From: Podarcis vaucheri
Taxonomy: Eukaryota
Reading direction: 5' to 3' (one strand)
Length of the DNA stretch: 64,000 nt
Assembly (NCBI GenBank): GCA_965113315.1
Contig: OZ220365.1
A program made the position numbers and the translations under genes. Below are positions 32,501 to 45,900 of the stretch, in pieces; the first letter of the stretch is position 1, and every line of letters begins with the position of its first letter. The notes under the pieces were generated by a model. The model made no database searches. It saw only the letters and a program-made list of their open reading frames with translations, and was not told where the DNA came from.

Positions 32501-34117
32501 CCAGCGTTTTTCAGATAGCTTGTTTGGGACGGGCATCCTCTGCTCGCCTGTCTTGTTTACTATGGACCGGCCTTCCTAAAGGCATCGTCCTTCGTAGACA
32601 GGAGCGTGGATACCCTGGGATTCTAAAATACTCCTTAGATGATTTCTTAATTACGAGGAGGCCTTTTATCCGTAAGACCTGAAAGGACTTGGCGACAGGT
32701 TTTTTATTTCTGCGCCATTTGGATAGAGGGGGAATCGGAAGCCAGCCGTAGATGTAGATGCACACAGAGAGACATTCCCCACGCAGACTATGAAAGGTTA
32801 TAAAGCTTTAGACTGCACTCCTCCTCTGCATTGGAGTCCGCGCCACTGTAATAAATGGGGCTTCGAAGTAAATAAGGATGGGATTGGACTGCAAGTCACA
32901 TGGATGGGTTATTTAGGCTCTATTTGGCTCGCTAGAAAGTAATGGGTTCCTCAGATTGCAGGCATCACTACTTGGTGCAAGAGAGAAAGCAGGTTTGAAC
33001 TGCCGCTGCTTAAAACAGCGATTTTATAAATAATTTAAAGTCAATAATTCGATTTTTAAAAAACAAAACAACCCTGTTTGTTAACTTTTCCAAGCAAATG
33101 TAGGTTACACTTGCTTTCTAATCAAAAGTCTGTTTGAAAATAAATATGGGTTTGGCAGTATACTTTGCCAAATTGTAAGACTAAGGTGCAAACTTGCTCA
33201 GTGATATCAATTTATTGAGAGTTTGGTTGCTCTTTGGGGAACAAAACAAGTACAGTATATGCTGTAACATCTCAAATGCATTTCCAATGTAGACTTTGTA
33301 GGCTGACTACTGGAAATATTTCTGTTCAAGCCAATTTATAACCTTTGAGAACAAGAGACTTTTACACAATGTGTCAGATTCTAAGGAGTCTACTGGGTGC
33401 CCCCTTCCCAAGGTAATTTTCAGGTGCAGCTTACAATGTCTGGATTGATTGTCATAACCAAAAATTTGATACCTGTCACAACTCACCAAGAGTGAGGTTT
33501 TCATTTGAGAGCCAATAAATATGTGTTGCCCATGGGTAAAGAGTTTCCTTATGCAACTGTTTTTTGATGTTCACTCATGTAAAAACCACCATGCAAAGTG
33601 ATCTATTCACATTTAGAGGCACCATACTAATGACAGGCTATAGTTGCTCAGGCTACAGTTCACTGGTATACAAAGTTAAAACGTGAATGAGTTGACTCTG
33701 GAAGTAAATGCATTCATTTATACATAATAGGATGTGCATGAAACACTTACACAGACAAGCACTTTCCTCAGAAGTGCCACCATATTTGTTTCAGCCTGGA
33801 TTGCTCTGTTGCTTGGAGATGGATGCTTAGCTTAGATCAGAAGTGGGTCAGGGATGAGAGAGTTTCTTCATAATACACTGAAAATAAAATCTAGTTACAT
33901 GACAGCACAGTTGTCTATTTTCTTAAATACTATGAAAACTGACAAAAGATTTTACATGTGTGGCTTGACAGAATCATAAAAGTTAAGATGACATACTTAC
34001 GTGTTTCAATTAAATACCTTTATATTTAACTTACATTTTGATGTTGAAACAGTTTAATTTGGTTATTTAACCAAATATAGTTAATAAAATGTATGCAAAG
34101 CAGGGGAAATAATAATA

Positions 34118-34435
34118 CAGTGGTGCCTCGCAAGATGAAAAGAATCCGTTCTGTGATTCTCTTCGTCTAGCGGTTTTTTCGTCTTGCGAAGCAAGCCCAT
34201 TGATGGATTAGCGCTATTAGCGGCTTTTAGTGGCTTATCTGCTGATCGGATCAGCTGATAAGCGGCTTAGAAAGGGGGGGGGGAGGGAAAAAACCCGCAG
34301 GAACTCGCAAGACATTTTCGTCTTGCAAAGCAAGCCCATAGGAGATTCGTTTTGCGAAGCACCTCCAAAACGGAAAACTCTTTCGTCTAGCGAGTTTTCC
34401 GTCTTGCAAGGCATTCGTCTTGTGGGGCACCACTG
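34118..34435. mobile_element. Tc1/mariner-type MITE
   Basis: TA-CAGTGGTGCCTCGCAAGA ... TCTTGTGGGGCACCACTG termini. Confidence 0.8.
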
Positions 34436-34848
34436 TGCTCACATGTCCTTGCATTCATGAGGTTGTTTGGGTATGAATATGGGGTTTGTTACTTTTGGAA
34501 GGGTATCTAGTACAGATCTGATCATGTTCCGAATGTGGAGTATGTGCACTGAACACTGCAACTACAATGACTTAAGAGGGATTGATGCTTACTTGCAACA
34601 GAAAAAAATGGAACTTATCGAGGATCACAGGGTGGTGTACAACTTCACTAAAGTCATTGGCTAATATGAGTTATAGGTATGACTTCTTTTTATAGCCATC
34701 TTGAACACAGATGTGTTAATACAAAGTCTGAGTTCACAAATCCTGAAACAACAATTTGTTCTTAAATTGATCAGTTTTACACAATAATATGAAGCCATGA
34801 ATAAAGACTGGTTTTGTGAGTTACCTATGTAGAAGGGATAGAGACACT

Positions 34849-34876
34849 CGTGTGTGTGTGTGTGTGTGTGTGTGTG
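34849..34876. repeat. (GT)n microsatellite
   Basis: Tandem GT dinucleotides. Confidence 0.9.
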
Positions 34877-34933
34877 GAGATGAATGTGGCTCTCTAGGCC
34901 TCTATTTGGCCATCAGAGCTCTCCATAGGCCAC

Positions 34934-34968
<35 letters not shown>

Positions 34969-35292
34969 TTATTATTTACACCCCGCCCATCTGGCTGGGC
35001 TTCCAACCCTGGGTGGCTTCCAAAAGAATATTAAAATACTATAATACATCAAACATTAAAAGCTTCCCGAAATAGGGCTGCCTTCAAATGTCTTCTAAAA
35101 GCCTGGTAGTTGTTGTTCTCTTTGACATCTGGTGGGAGGGTGTTCCACAGGGAAGGCGCCACTACCGAGAAGGCCCTCTGCCTGGTTCCCTGTAACTTGG
35201 CTTCTCGCAGTGAGGGAACCACCAGAAGGCCCTCGGTCCTGGACCTCAGTGTCCGGGTAGAACGATGGGGGTGGAGACGCTCCTTCAGGTAT
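34934..35292 (-). mobile_element. L2-clade LINE 3' fragment with (TAA)n tail
   Basis: Sister of 3825-4394 (gggagggtgttccacaggg...gagaaggccctctgcctggttccctgtaac). Confidence 0.8.
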
Positions 35293-36981
35293 CCTTCTTT
35301 GCACTCTCCTCAAGTGTTTTTGACTGTCATGAATGTATTCTTGAAGTCTGATAATGCCTGTTGCTTACCTGAATAAAGAACAAGAGGTATGTGAGTGTGC
35401 AGATGCTAGCCCAGTGTACAAAGGCAAAATGTATATTTATTCCTTCTCTCACTTTTGCTTCAGGCCCTGGCCACCATTGGCATGTAGCCCTCAGAAGGTT
35501 GCCCAGAGATATGGCCCCTTAAGACTTTAAAATAAATACTGTGATGAGTCTAGCTGAGGGAGACTTGGGGATTTTAAAACATATTGATTGCTTTTAGAAG
35601 TACCTGCTCTTTGCTAATAATTTAAGGAAAATATTTTATCCTATATGGATTATCAACATTTTAATCTGGGTGTTGCAAGACTCATTCATGATTGAATAAT
35701 TCCCAAATAAAGTTGCAAAATATTGATTGATTATATTTCTATGCTGCTTTTCATTCAAATGAATCCCAAAGCAGCATACGAACAATACATAAAAATAACA
35801 TAATAGAACATTACAAATACAGAATAAATCTTATAGAATACTTAACAAATCAATGAAACAGTTACAAATCATCAGTAAAATAATTACCATCTATGAAACA
35901 CTATTAACAAAACAACTAAAAAAATAAGCTAAGCATCAAGTAAGAAGTTCAGATTTTAAATTCAGCACAACATAGTGGTTCCCTGACTGTCTCCGAGGTA
36001 CGCATAGTGCCAGTTAATTGCAGGAATAAATTCAAAAGTGATGAACCAATATTTAGCTAAAGCTTTTGTACCTACATTTATTTGAATTCCCATACCTTTG
36101 CATGCCTTTTCCTGGAAAGGTCTTGCCAGAAAAACTTTGGAACAAGGACATGGTATAGCTGGAAACAGGGTGTCAGTGAAGATATGAGACAATAACTGAT
36201 GACTAGATAATTGGTATCAGTATTATTTCCAAAGATTTTGGGCAATAGAGACATAGTAACATGCATTAGATATGGAAAGCTTATAAATGTCAGAAAAAGT
36301 ATTTGAATACAAAATAATAGTTTTGTTAATTGGACAAAACTCAGAAACCCAGCAGGGTCATAAGGTAGAGTACACGTTTTAAAAAATTAAAAAGTCATGG
36401 ATTTCAGTAGGATTTAATTCAGATCATTTTCTCAAACTTTGCAGCAGATATGTATAAGCAGATACGTACCTAGTACTGCTGTAAAAATGTTTAAACCAGT
36501 AACTTGCATGTAAACCCTTTCTGTGCTGTGAAATGAGCTTTCTGCTAGCTGTAGTTACAGTTACACTCAACATAGTAGGTTGGATCCATATATTTGCTTT
36601 CATGGACAGAAAGAACCCAAGATCCAGCAGAGACTCTTGCTGGAAAAAGCAGGAGGAGACAGTTTCAGCAGAGGAATTCCTGTAGCTGCCATCACCATCT
36701 CCCAAGGACCCTCTGACCCAGTTTTTCAGGAGGGACTGGAGAAGTTGGCTCCCCACCTCCTCCAATGGGAGAATCTCTTGGGTGGTGGTCTGCCCAGGGG
36801 TAGTCTGGATCTAATACTTAGAGCCCAATTCTTCATAATTCTGGAAAGTACATAATGCTGTGTTCAGTGGACTCATTTCAGTTGGAGTGCATCATTATTT
36901 TCAGATGGCATAAAAATGCTGGCTATGGTAGTAAGAGGACCAAATAATGATAGTGCTTGTTTCTTTTATGCAGAATTCACA

Positions 36982-39900
36982 ATGACTAATGAAGAACCAC
37001 TTCCGAAGAAGGTAAGCTTGAAAGCTGTAGCATTTGTATTTATTTTTCAATATCGCATGAAGAAATAGTTGAACTTGATTATTTTTGTTCTGCAGGTTCG
37101 CCTCAGTGATACAGACTTCAAGGTTCTACCTAGAGAGGAGTTGATCTTAAGGTAAAGTGATAGGCTACCTTATACTTAAAAACTATGCATCTCTTAACTG
37201 CTTCATTTTGAATAACTTCCATTTTTATGGTAACAGGGAACTAAAAAGCAATTTTAAGTTTAATGAGGTAGAAAGATTAACACTAAACCTTTTCCTACTG
37301 GCTGTGGAGAAAAAGTACATTGTTTATCCAAAGGCAAGTAGCTGGAAATTCTGCACTTAGAATGCAAAAAGGAAAAAGGTCATTCGATATACTTTCAGAC
37401 TGTATAGAGAATTCCAGAGGAAAGAATGTAAGAGTATGACCAAGAGCCTGCACCTTGGCAGTCTTGGGTTTGTTACAGAAATAAACTCTCCATGTCTTTC
37501 ATATATGAGGCTAGAAACTTGTTTTAAAACTGCAGAAATGAAGGATGGAAAGGTGCTTAGGGTGGTGCTAGATGTGAGATTGTCTATAGCTCATTGTTTT
37601 TGGTTGGAAAGAGCTTAAAATATTTAATGAATACCCTATTGTGTGTTTAAGTGTGATCTTGTCTGTACTCCCACTTTGCACCAAGCATGCCATAATTTAA
37701 TCATTTAAGATTCAAAAACCATTTTCCTTCCTCATTAGGTGGAAGCAGTATGAAGCATATGTGCAAGCTCTGGAGGGCAAATATACAGACCTTAACTGTA
37801 AGTGGAAACTCAATTGCAAAATAGAAATGATAATAAAGAAAATAGTTGTTTTAAGAGGCAGCAGTTGGATTTTCTGTACAGCTCAGAAAAAGTATCTGAA
37901 CAGCCCTTTAAGCTTGGTCAGGCTGATCCACAAACCATTTAGAACTGTAGTTCCCTTCAAAGGTTCACTTTTATCTGTCTAGAGTTCAGACATATTAATG
38001 GCATTACCAGTTCAGTCACTCAGGCTTTAGTAACCGATCTCTGATGTACATTGTTCAAATTGGTGTGTCACAGGCCACATTTTAAGTCATTGGTAAACCG
38101 TGTTTACTAAGCTTAAATGTGGTTTATGTTTTTAAAAAAAACCCAACAAAGAAACAAAACCCAGACGTAAATAAAATATACACATAACTAGCAGCAGCTG
38201 GTGTAAGCTTCCTAATCTATCCTCCTATCCTGCCATCCCTTTTGTACAAAAGTATTCCAGGTAACCCATAGGAGGAGGTGAGAAAGTGGCTGGCTCAAAT
38301 TAATGTTAAAGGTTTTTGGTGGTCTTTTCAGAAGTTGTTGGTGTGTTAGAAGTGCCTCAACTAAAGTTAAATGAATTCAGCAGATCTATGAGTGGGACTG
38401 GTGTTGGGTTTCCCATTGGGTATCTTCGTTAAGCCGGCACTTACTGTCTGCAGTAGTTTGGTTAACTGCAGTAAATGGAAACCCTTGCTCAAACTGATAC
38501 TGTTGTAAGTGCTGTGGGTGCATCTGATAATTAAATACTTACTTTTGTTTCAGGAGGCTTAAGCAGGATTTCTGAAATGCTATCATAAAATCACAGTGCA
38601 GTGACCTTGCCTGTAGCCATCATGTATGTTTTGTGGTCTCCTCTGCAGTCACAGCTAAAGACCAGTTTGAGAACTATGGTTTTAGACCAGCCTTCCCCAG
38701 CTGGTGCTGTCCATATATTTTTGGCTTCCAATCCTATCATTCCTGGTTATTGACTGCTGGTTGCGGTGGAGTAGTTTAAAACATGGAGGGCACAAGGTTG
38801 GGGTATGCTGTTCTTGAAAAGCATTAATATAGAATGAACGATACAGTGTATCATATTTTGTGTATATGCACCTTCTGATCATTTGTGGAATTCTTTAAGC
38901 CAAAACAATGGGTTCTTGCTGTAATGTCAGGTATGGGAAACCTGTGCCACTCCAGATATGGTCGTATGCTTCCCGTCATAGGGTTGTTGGTTCTGCTGCC
39001 TGAGGCTGAGGAGAACTGGGGTCCAACAAAATCTTGGCGAGCCACAGTTTCTTTGTCAGTACCTGCTTAAGCCCATTATACAAATACAGATAAAATTACT
39101 CAATAGGTTTTTTTTAATCTTTACTTTGCAATCAGATTTGTTTCATTTGTTAACACAAACCCATTCAGTCAGAAAACATCAGTGTAAAGTGGTATTTAAG
39201 TGTTGTTGAACTCCTCTGTATCCTTGGGATTTGAGTTCAGGTTATTTTAAGCTATTTGAATCTCAAAATTGTCCCTCTGGAAAGAGAAGCTTGCCTTTAC
39301 ATGTCCACCTAGGGATTAATACTGGGAACAACAATTAGGCACCAAAGGATAGTTGTACAGGTTACCATGCGATACCTCTAGAGTGACAAGCAAGCTTTTT
39401 TCTAAACACACCCAAGAGAGCGCTATCTCAAGTATGAGTTTAATTAACATAAACCTGTTAACTGATCTCAAACAAAATGCAGTTTGTAGAAAAGTTCAGT
39501 TCTTTTCTCCCAGTTGGGGTCTTGGGAAACTGCAAGCCGTTATTATTGGTGTGTTTGTACTGGCAGCAGAAAGTTTTTACCAGTTTTAGGACAAAGCTAA
39601 ATATCAGACTATAGTTCTGTTATCCTCAATGTGCTGTCTCTGTCATCTGTGGATGTTAATAGATCCGCAGCATGAATTTTCTTTGTGGGACACTGCAATC
39701 ACAGTAATGGTCTAATCCCCTTTAAGTGCCTCTAAGTCCTTTAAACATGGCAACTGCTTTTCAGCTTTCTAGTTGTTATGGAGGTTATGTAATCTATGAA
39801 CTTAATATCCTTGGTTAATAGTTAAAACATGCTATGTTGGTGTCTCATGAATTTAACTCTATAAAAGCTTTTGCCTATATATATAGAGAGAGAGAGTTAT

Positions 39901-42900
39901 TTTTTTAAGATGGCACAATATTTTGTTGCAGGAGTAGGCTAACTTGGGCACCTAAAAAATAAATCATTGCTTCTCACAAGTAGCCCCCAGAAATAGAAAT
40001 GAAGGGTGGCATTCCGTGAAGTAGTTTCATTAGTGAAGGGACTTCTGGCTGTGCTTTGGAACTTACCCTCCCCTTTCTCTCCTCATACACTCACAAAATC
40101 TGTTCAGGGAGTTTCAGCAACCCTCTGAAGCAAATTTGAGGAGGAATTAGGGGAAGAGGAAAGGGAGGGGGAGTTCCCTTATTATAGACTACTGGTCCTA
40201 CCTCTTGTTGACAGCTGACAGGAAAAAGGAAGGTAGAAAAAGGGTAGGAATCTCCTAATTGATCTTTGCTGTGTTTGTGCAGCTTTGCTTGCTGTAGAGG
40301 AGCTATTCCTTTCCCCGTTAAATTCTTGTATGTGGGTTTAGTTGATTCAATGGGGGAGCAGAAGCAAACAAATTTGATGGTCAAGTTGTTTTGCTTAGAC
40401 AAAAATTTGGTTTAAGGTCTTTATAGGCTCCCACTAAAACTTTGCTGTTTGCTTTGCAATTCAACAATAGCTAATGATGTAACTGGATTGAGAGAGTCAG
40501 AAGAAAAGCTGAAGCAGCAACAGCAAGAATCTGCTCGAAGAGAAAATATCCTAGTGATGCGGCTGGCAACTAAGGAACAAGAGATGCAAGAGTGTACTGT
40601 AAGTGAAGCTTTTCAACTTGTTGCAGATGAAGGTGTCTGTGTTGATATATTTATTTTTAGCTTAACATCCTGTATGTGGAATACTATTAACATCCTGTGG
40701 TGTTTGCTTCAACTATCCTGTTGCATGAGTGGTTTTTTCAGAGTCTTTTTGGTCAAAAGGCCACATTCCTGGCAGAATGAAAACTTTAATGAATCATGAT
40801 GCCTTCATCTTTATAAGTGACTGAGAACTACCCTAGATCAATAGCAGACCTAAGCAAAACATAGCTACTTTTAAAATAACAACAATAAAATGCTGTGCAC
40901 ATTTAATTCTGCTGTGATGCATAGGGTAGCTGAAACAACTTCTGTGTAGCCAAATTGTGGTGGTGTATGGCGAAGATGACCCAGCTGTTCTGATCTATAT
41001 ATGTCCTCTCTACTTCCAAAATGAGTTAATGGAGTCCCAAAGATATTTTAGGAAGCAGGCCCAGTATTCACTATTGTCTTCTGTACCTACAGTAAGAGGA
41101 ACAGCATTTTTCCTTGTGAATGACTTCCTTCAAGTCATTTGTCATTTTACTTAATTCACTTAATTTAGTTGTACCTGTATAAATGTAGAAGCATAGCTTG
41201 GCTTCCCAGTTTGTGAATAGTTCTAGCAGACAAGACTAGGATATTGGTTGGCTTAGGGAAATATCACTGGTTAGGGAGGTATTTCTAGCTATATGCATAT
41301 TTATGCTGCAGAATCTCAAACTTATCAGTCCATAGCTTGGGAGTTGATACATTTATGTTCATTATTTTTTGTGCAGTTTACTGCATAAATATTTTCAGAT
41401 CAGAGATTGGCTAGCAGTTGCTTTGGCCATCTTTTCTGCAAGCTGTATTTCATACTTTTTGCCAAGCTATGTAGTTCTTAGCACTGATGTAGCTCCTTTA
41501 AAGCACTTTGAGATGGGGATTCTAGAAGAAGACAAAAGTTACTCTGATTTAGAACTTCCCAACTGATATCACAGTACCAGTGTTCATTGAGTAATAAATA
41601 TTGGCAGAAGAAAATGTGTTAAGTAGAATTTTCTCTAATGTAGTATTCATTCAAATAACAATGAATTTTGAAGAGATATGTCCTGCAAGTTCATATTTCC
41701 TCTAAGATGGGGGGGGGAATGGTTTTAAAAATTCAACCCCCCCAAAAGGATTAAAGCCACATATTTATTGGCCAGTCAAATGTCTCTTTGATGTTACCTG
41801 CCTTTTTACAGAAGTGCATGCAAAGATGAAAACTACTGCCAATGTTAAAGAGAGAACTTGATGTAAGCCTACTAGTTACTACTAGTACAACTTAAAATTG
41901 AGTTGAGAACAACTTATAGCTCTGGCAGAGGAGCTTAAAGTGTAAAATTACAAATAAAAGGCATATGTAGATTCATTTATTTTATAAAATGTGTATACTG
42001 CTTGATTGCGGTGGATGATCTGAAGGTGCTATGGGTTAAATTTTGGGAGTAGTTCCTGGAGGTTGATACAGTGGTGGTAAAAAAAAAAAAATCCTAGGAA
42101 CCCAGTATGCTGGTGGAACAAACACAAAATTGCCCTGTTCTTTGCATCCATTCTAAGCATCCAAATTCTGTGCATTCCTGTCAGTTTCGGTGTTCAGTTG
42201 TATTCAAGAAAATGTTAAATTATGAGATCCTTATTGTATGGGGGTATCAGACTGAAATGGGTTAAGTTGGCTCATGAAAGCTTATAAATGCCAATGTAAT
42301 CATTTTGCCTCCTTTTATGCAGACTCAGATCCAGTACCTCAAGCAAGTCCAGCAGCCAAGTGTTGCTCAACTGAGATCAACAATGGTGGACCCAGCCATC
42401 AACTTGTTTTTCCTAAAAATGAAAGCTGAACTGGAACAGACTAAAGACAAACTGGAACAAGCCCAAAATGAACTGAGTGCCTGGAAATTTACACCTGATA
42501 GGTAAACAAAACATACTCCCCAGTCAAGACTTCCCTGACAGAGAATGCTTTGGTGGGACAACCACGTACTCGTTTCCACACCAAGACTCAGACGTTTTGA
42601 GCCAAAAGCCACATTCTTATACTGTCCAGCTTGTAATGCTTAATGTAAAACTTATCAGATGAACCTTGTGTTTCAGCTTTTCCCCCCTTTTGCTTCAGAG
42701 GCCTGACAGCGTCGGACTATTCTGAAGAAGTGGCCACCTCAGAAAAGTGCCCTTTCTAGAACATGTAGACATTTGCGAAGTGGTTCTGTTTGAAGAAAAT
42801 AGAGGGAGAAGCAGAAGTCTAAAGTCTGTGGCACACTATGTCTACAGACAGTTTGGAGAACCTAGAGATTTTAAATCATGAATTGATCATGTCAAATTCG

Positions 42901-45900
42901 AGTAAAACATTAAAATGGAATATGCTTCGCTCTTAACCCTAAACCTAGTGACTTAGAGACTGATTAAGTCAGTTTTGCCAATAAGACTGTGGACTTCCTC
43001 CTTGTTCACTGAACTGCTGGGTCAAAACTCAATGAGGTGAATTTTGTTTAAATCACATTTGGTAATCGGCTTTGAATAGCTGTGAGAACACGCACACAGT
43101 CAGTGTTGATTTTTCCTAGCATTTGGGTTCCATAGGACTTCAGTGAACCTTTTCATGGCTTTGAATAACAAATTGTTCTGTGGATGGCTGGCAATATGTG
43201 AACTCCTAAATCTAGTACTGTACGTATAGTTGCAATTTAATTACATCTTCCTAACCTTGTTGAAGCAGTTGTGTACGTCCTGGATCTCAGCTAGTATATC
43301 TAACCCCAAACTAGTTGTGATTCTTTTACTGCCCTTATCCATGCAGAAGTGCCATTCATAATTTTTATCCTGAGACCCTATGTGCAGGCTATACAAGGTG
43401 CTGCAGTAGTAGTTACTTTCAGAGTTTGTTTGGGGCATTTGCATTCCACTGTATAACTAGTTTTTGTACTGCAGCCTTCTATAAAATGTGCCTTGAAATA
43501 GTTGTACTGCATAGTTCAGGGGACACTAGTGTTCGTACTACTGTATGGGAAGCTTTCATGTAGTATGAATATAAATATGTAGAACAGGCTGCTACTTGAT
43601 TTTGTCCTGTTCTCTGGAAGAGAGATGATGTTGAAGCAAATTGCATGCATCCCACTGGTTGGCATCAGTTCAGAAGAGTTGATACTTTTTGATGCCTCGT
43701 CATGTCCCAAGTGATTTCCAGGAATGGTAGTCTGGGACAGTTTAGTGTGCATTCTTGAGGTCACAGTGGAAAGACTGCCGAATATATTTGAACCATAATA
43801 GTCAATATATAATAACGGAAAGAAAATTAAGGACTGTTTCATAGTAGGTAAAATATAAGAACAAATATTTTAATGTTCCACTTCCAGCATTCCCAATGCT
43901 GTATTGGTTGAGTTAAATGAAAGATACTTCTAAGAAGTACTTTTTAGCTCTGCTTTAGATAATTATTGCAGCATATGAAATGTAGTATATGAACCTTTGT
44001 CCATTATTGAGTCTACATCGAAAGAAAACCTTGAAGCAAAAACAAATTGCATCTTTCAGACATCTTGGGGTGATGCTATGGAAAATCTTTTAAAGGTCTA
44101 GCATCAAAACAGAGGTAAGACCAACAGAGAAAACAGCAAAAACTGTCTTAATATGTTGCAACTGACTTTGTAAAACTTGTTAAATGTATAATCAAAAATC
44201 ATTTCTCATAGGTATGTTTTAATTGTGGGATGCCATACAGATTATTTGTGAACTTCAGCTTAATCAATTCATGTTTGGATAGAGGATGGTGACTTCAAAT
44301 GTTTTTGGGTTCTTAAGGTGACATGAACCTAAGTATGAACTTACTTCGTTTTCATTTCAAATAGACATCTGGAAAAACTAATTTTTGCTTGATTTTTAGA
44401 AAAATGAGTATCTTAGTCTTGAACAGGTCTTTGATATATACATATTTCCACTTACTGTGAAACCACGTCCCTTTAAACATTTAAGTTTTATTTGATATGC
44501 CTTACAATTGACTTTGCTACACATTTTAAAGGTCTAAGGGGTGGGATCTTAATTTATCCCTTTCAAGAAATATTTTCATCATTTGTCTTCCATATGTTTT
44601 GCCAAAATTTCTTTTTGACTTGATACTTGAAAGTACTAGTTCACTCTTCTACATATTAATGTGGTTCTGAAGGGTCAAAGGAACAGTTCTTGTATTTGCA
44701 CATCACTTTTTGTGGATCATTGTCTGTGCTCAAGAGCTGACTGTTTCAACAGTGTTTTAAGTATTGTATTGCATTGTCCTTGTTCATAGGATTCCAGATA
44801 CAGTAGGGGAAATCACTGAATACTATATTTTAACTGTCACTGATACCACACATAGTATCCAATAGTGATGCTAATTATGGGGGTGGCATCATTGAGGCTT
44901 CCTAGTTAACAGGAAAATGCTTAAAAATTAAAACTTTACCAGAATATTTGATTTGTTAAATAGGTGGTAGTTTTCACTGCAGCAGCATCCTGCAATTCTG
45001 TTAGCTTGTTACTGTTGTTGCCATTCTCACCCATTTATAATCTCTTTCTTGACAGAAATAGTTTCTTGATTTTTTATATGAGACAGTAGTTTGGTGTACA
45101 TGAAAACATAAGCAACAACTTAAATTCCTATGTAGGTTCTTAAAGAGATTATGTTGTGCTGGAGGTGGACATGAAGAATGCATCATGGATATTCTGAAAT
45201 GGCTGAAATTCTTGAAGGCACAGGCCAAGATCCAAAGAACCATCCTTCAAAGAGTTTGAGGGTTTTGACTTTTTTTTCTTGAACTAAAGCCTCATATAAT
45301 GCAAGGGATGATTTTGAAACTGAGAAGAGTTTCAGAAATTAATGAGGGCTGTTATTAAAGAAAATTTTAAAAAATCAGGACCTGTTCAATCCCCTCTTGT
45401 ATACTTAAAGCAGCTCTTTGGATCCTGGCCATCAGCTTTGTGTGATAACCAAGGGTCACTTCATGCAAATTGTTTTCTGTATTGATCATTGTTTCCATGT
45501 AGAAAAAATAGGTATATGCCATAACATGTGATGCATACTGATATGCACTTCAGCACATGCACACTTAGCGTGCGTGATTAGCAGTGGGTTCCATGTATTC
45601 AGAACACATGCACATGTCACATTATGCTGTAAGGTTAGTTTTCCTATGTGGAACAGGTTTATGTAGGAAAATGCCTTGTGTGAAGTACCCTTCTATGTCT
45701 TGAATTATAGCAGAGAACACTTGCAAACGTTGAACTTTTATTTAGCCACGATTGCGGTATGAACAGGCAAAAAAACTGAGAATTGGGTGGTGAAACAGTT
45801 ACATATCTGCTTAAAGTTTTTGGGTAGGTGCATACAGATTTGCAAGGAATACATATTAAGGAAAATGAAATGTTAACGTAAACTTGCTGGGATTATAGTA

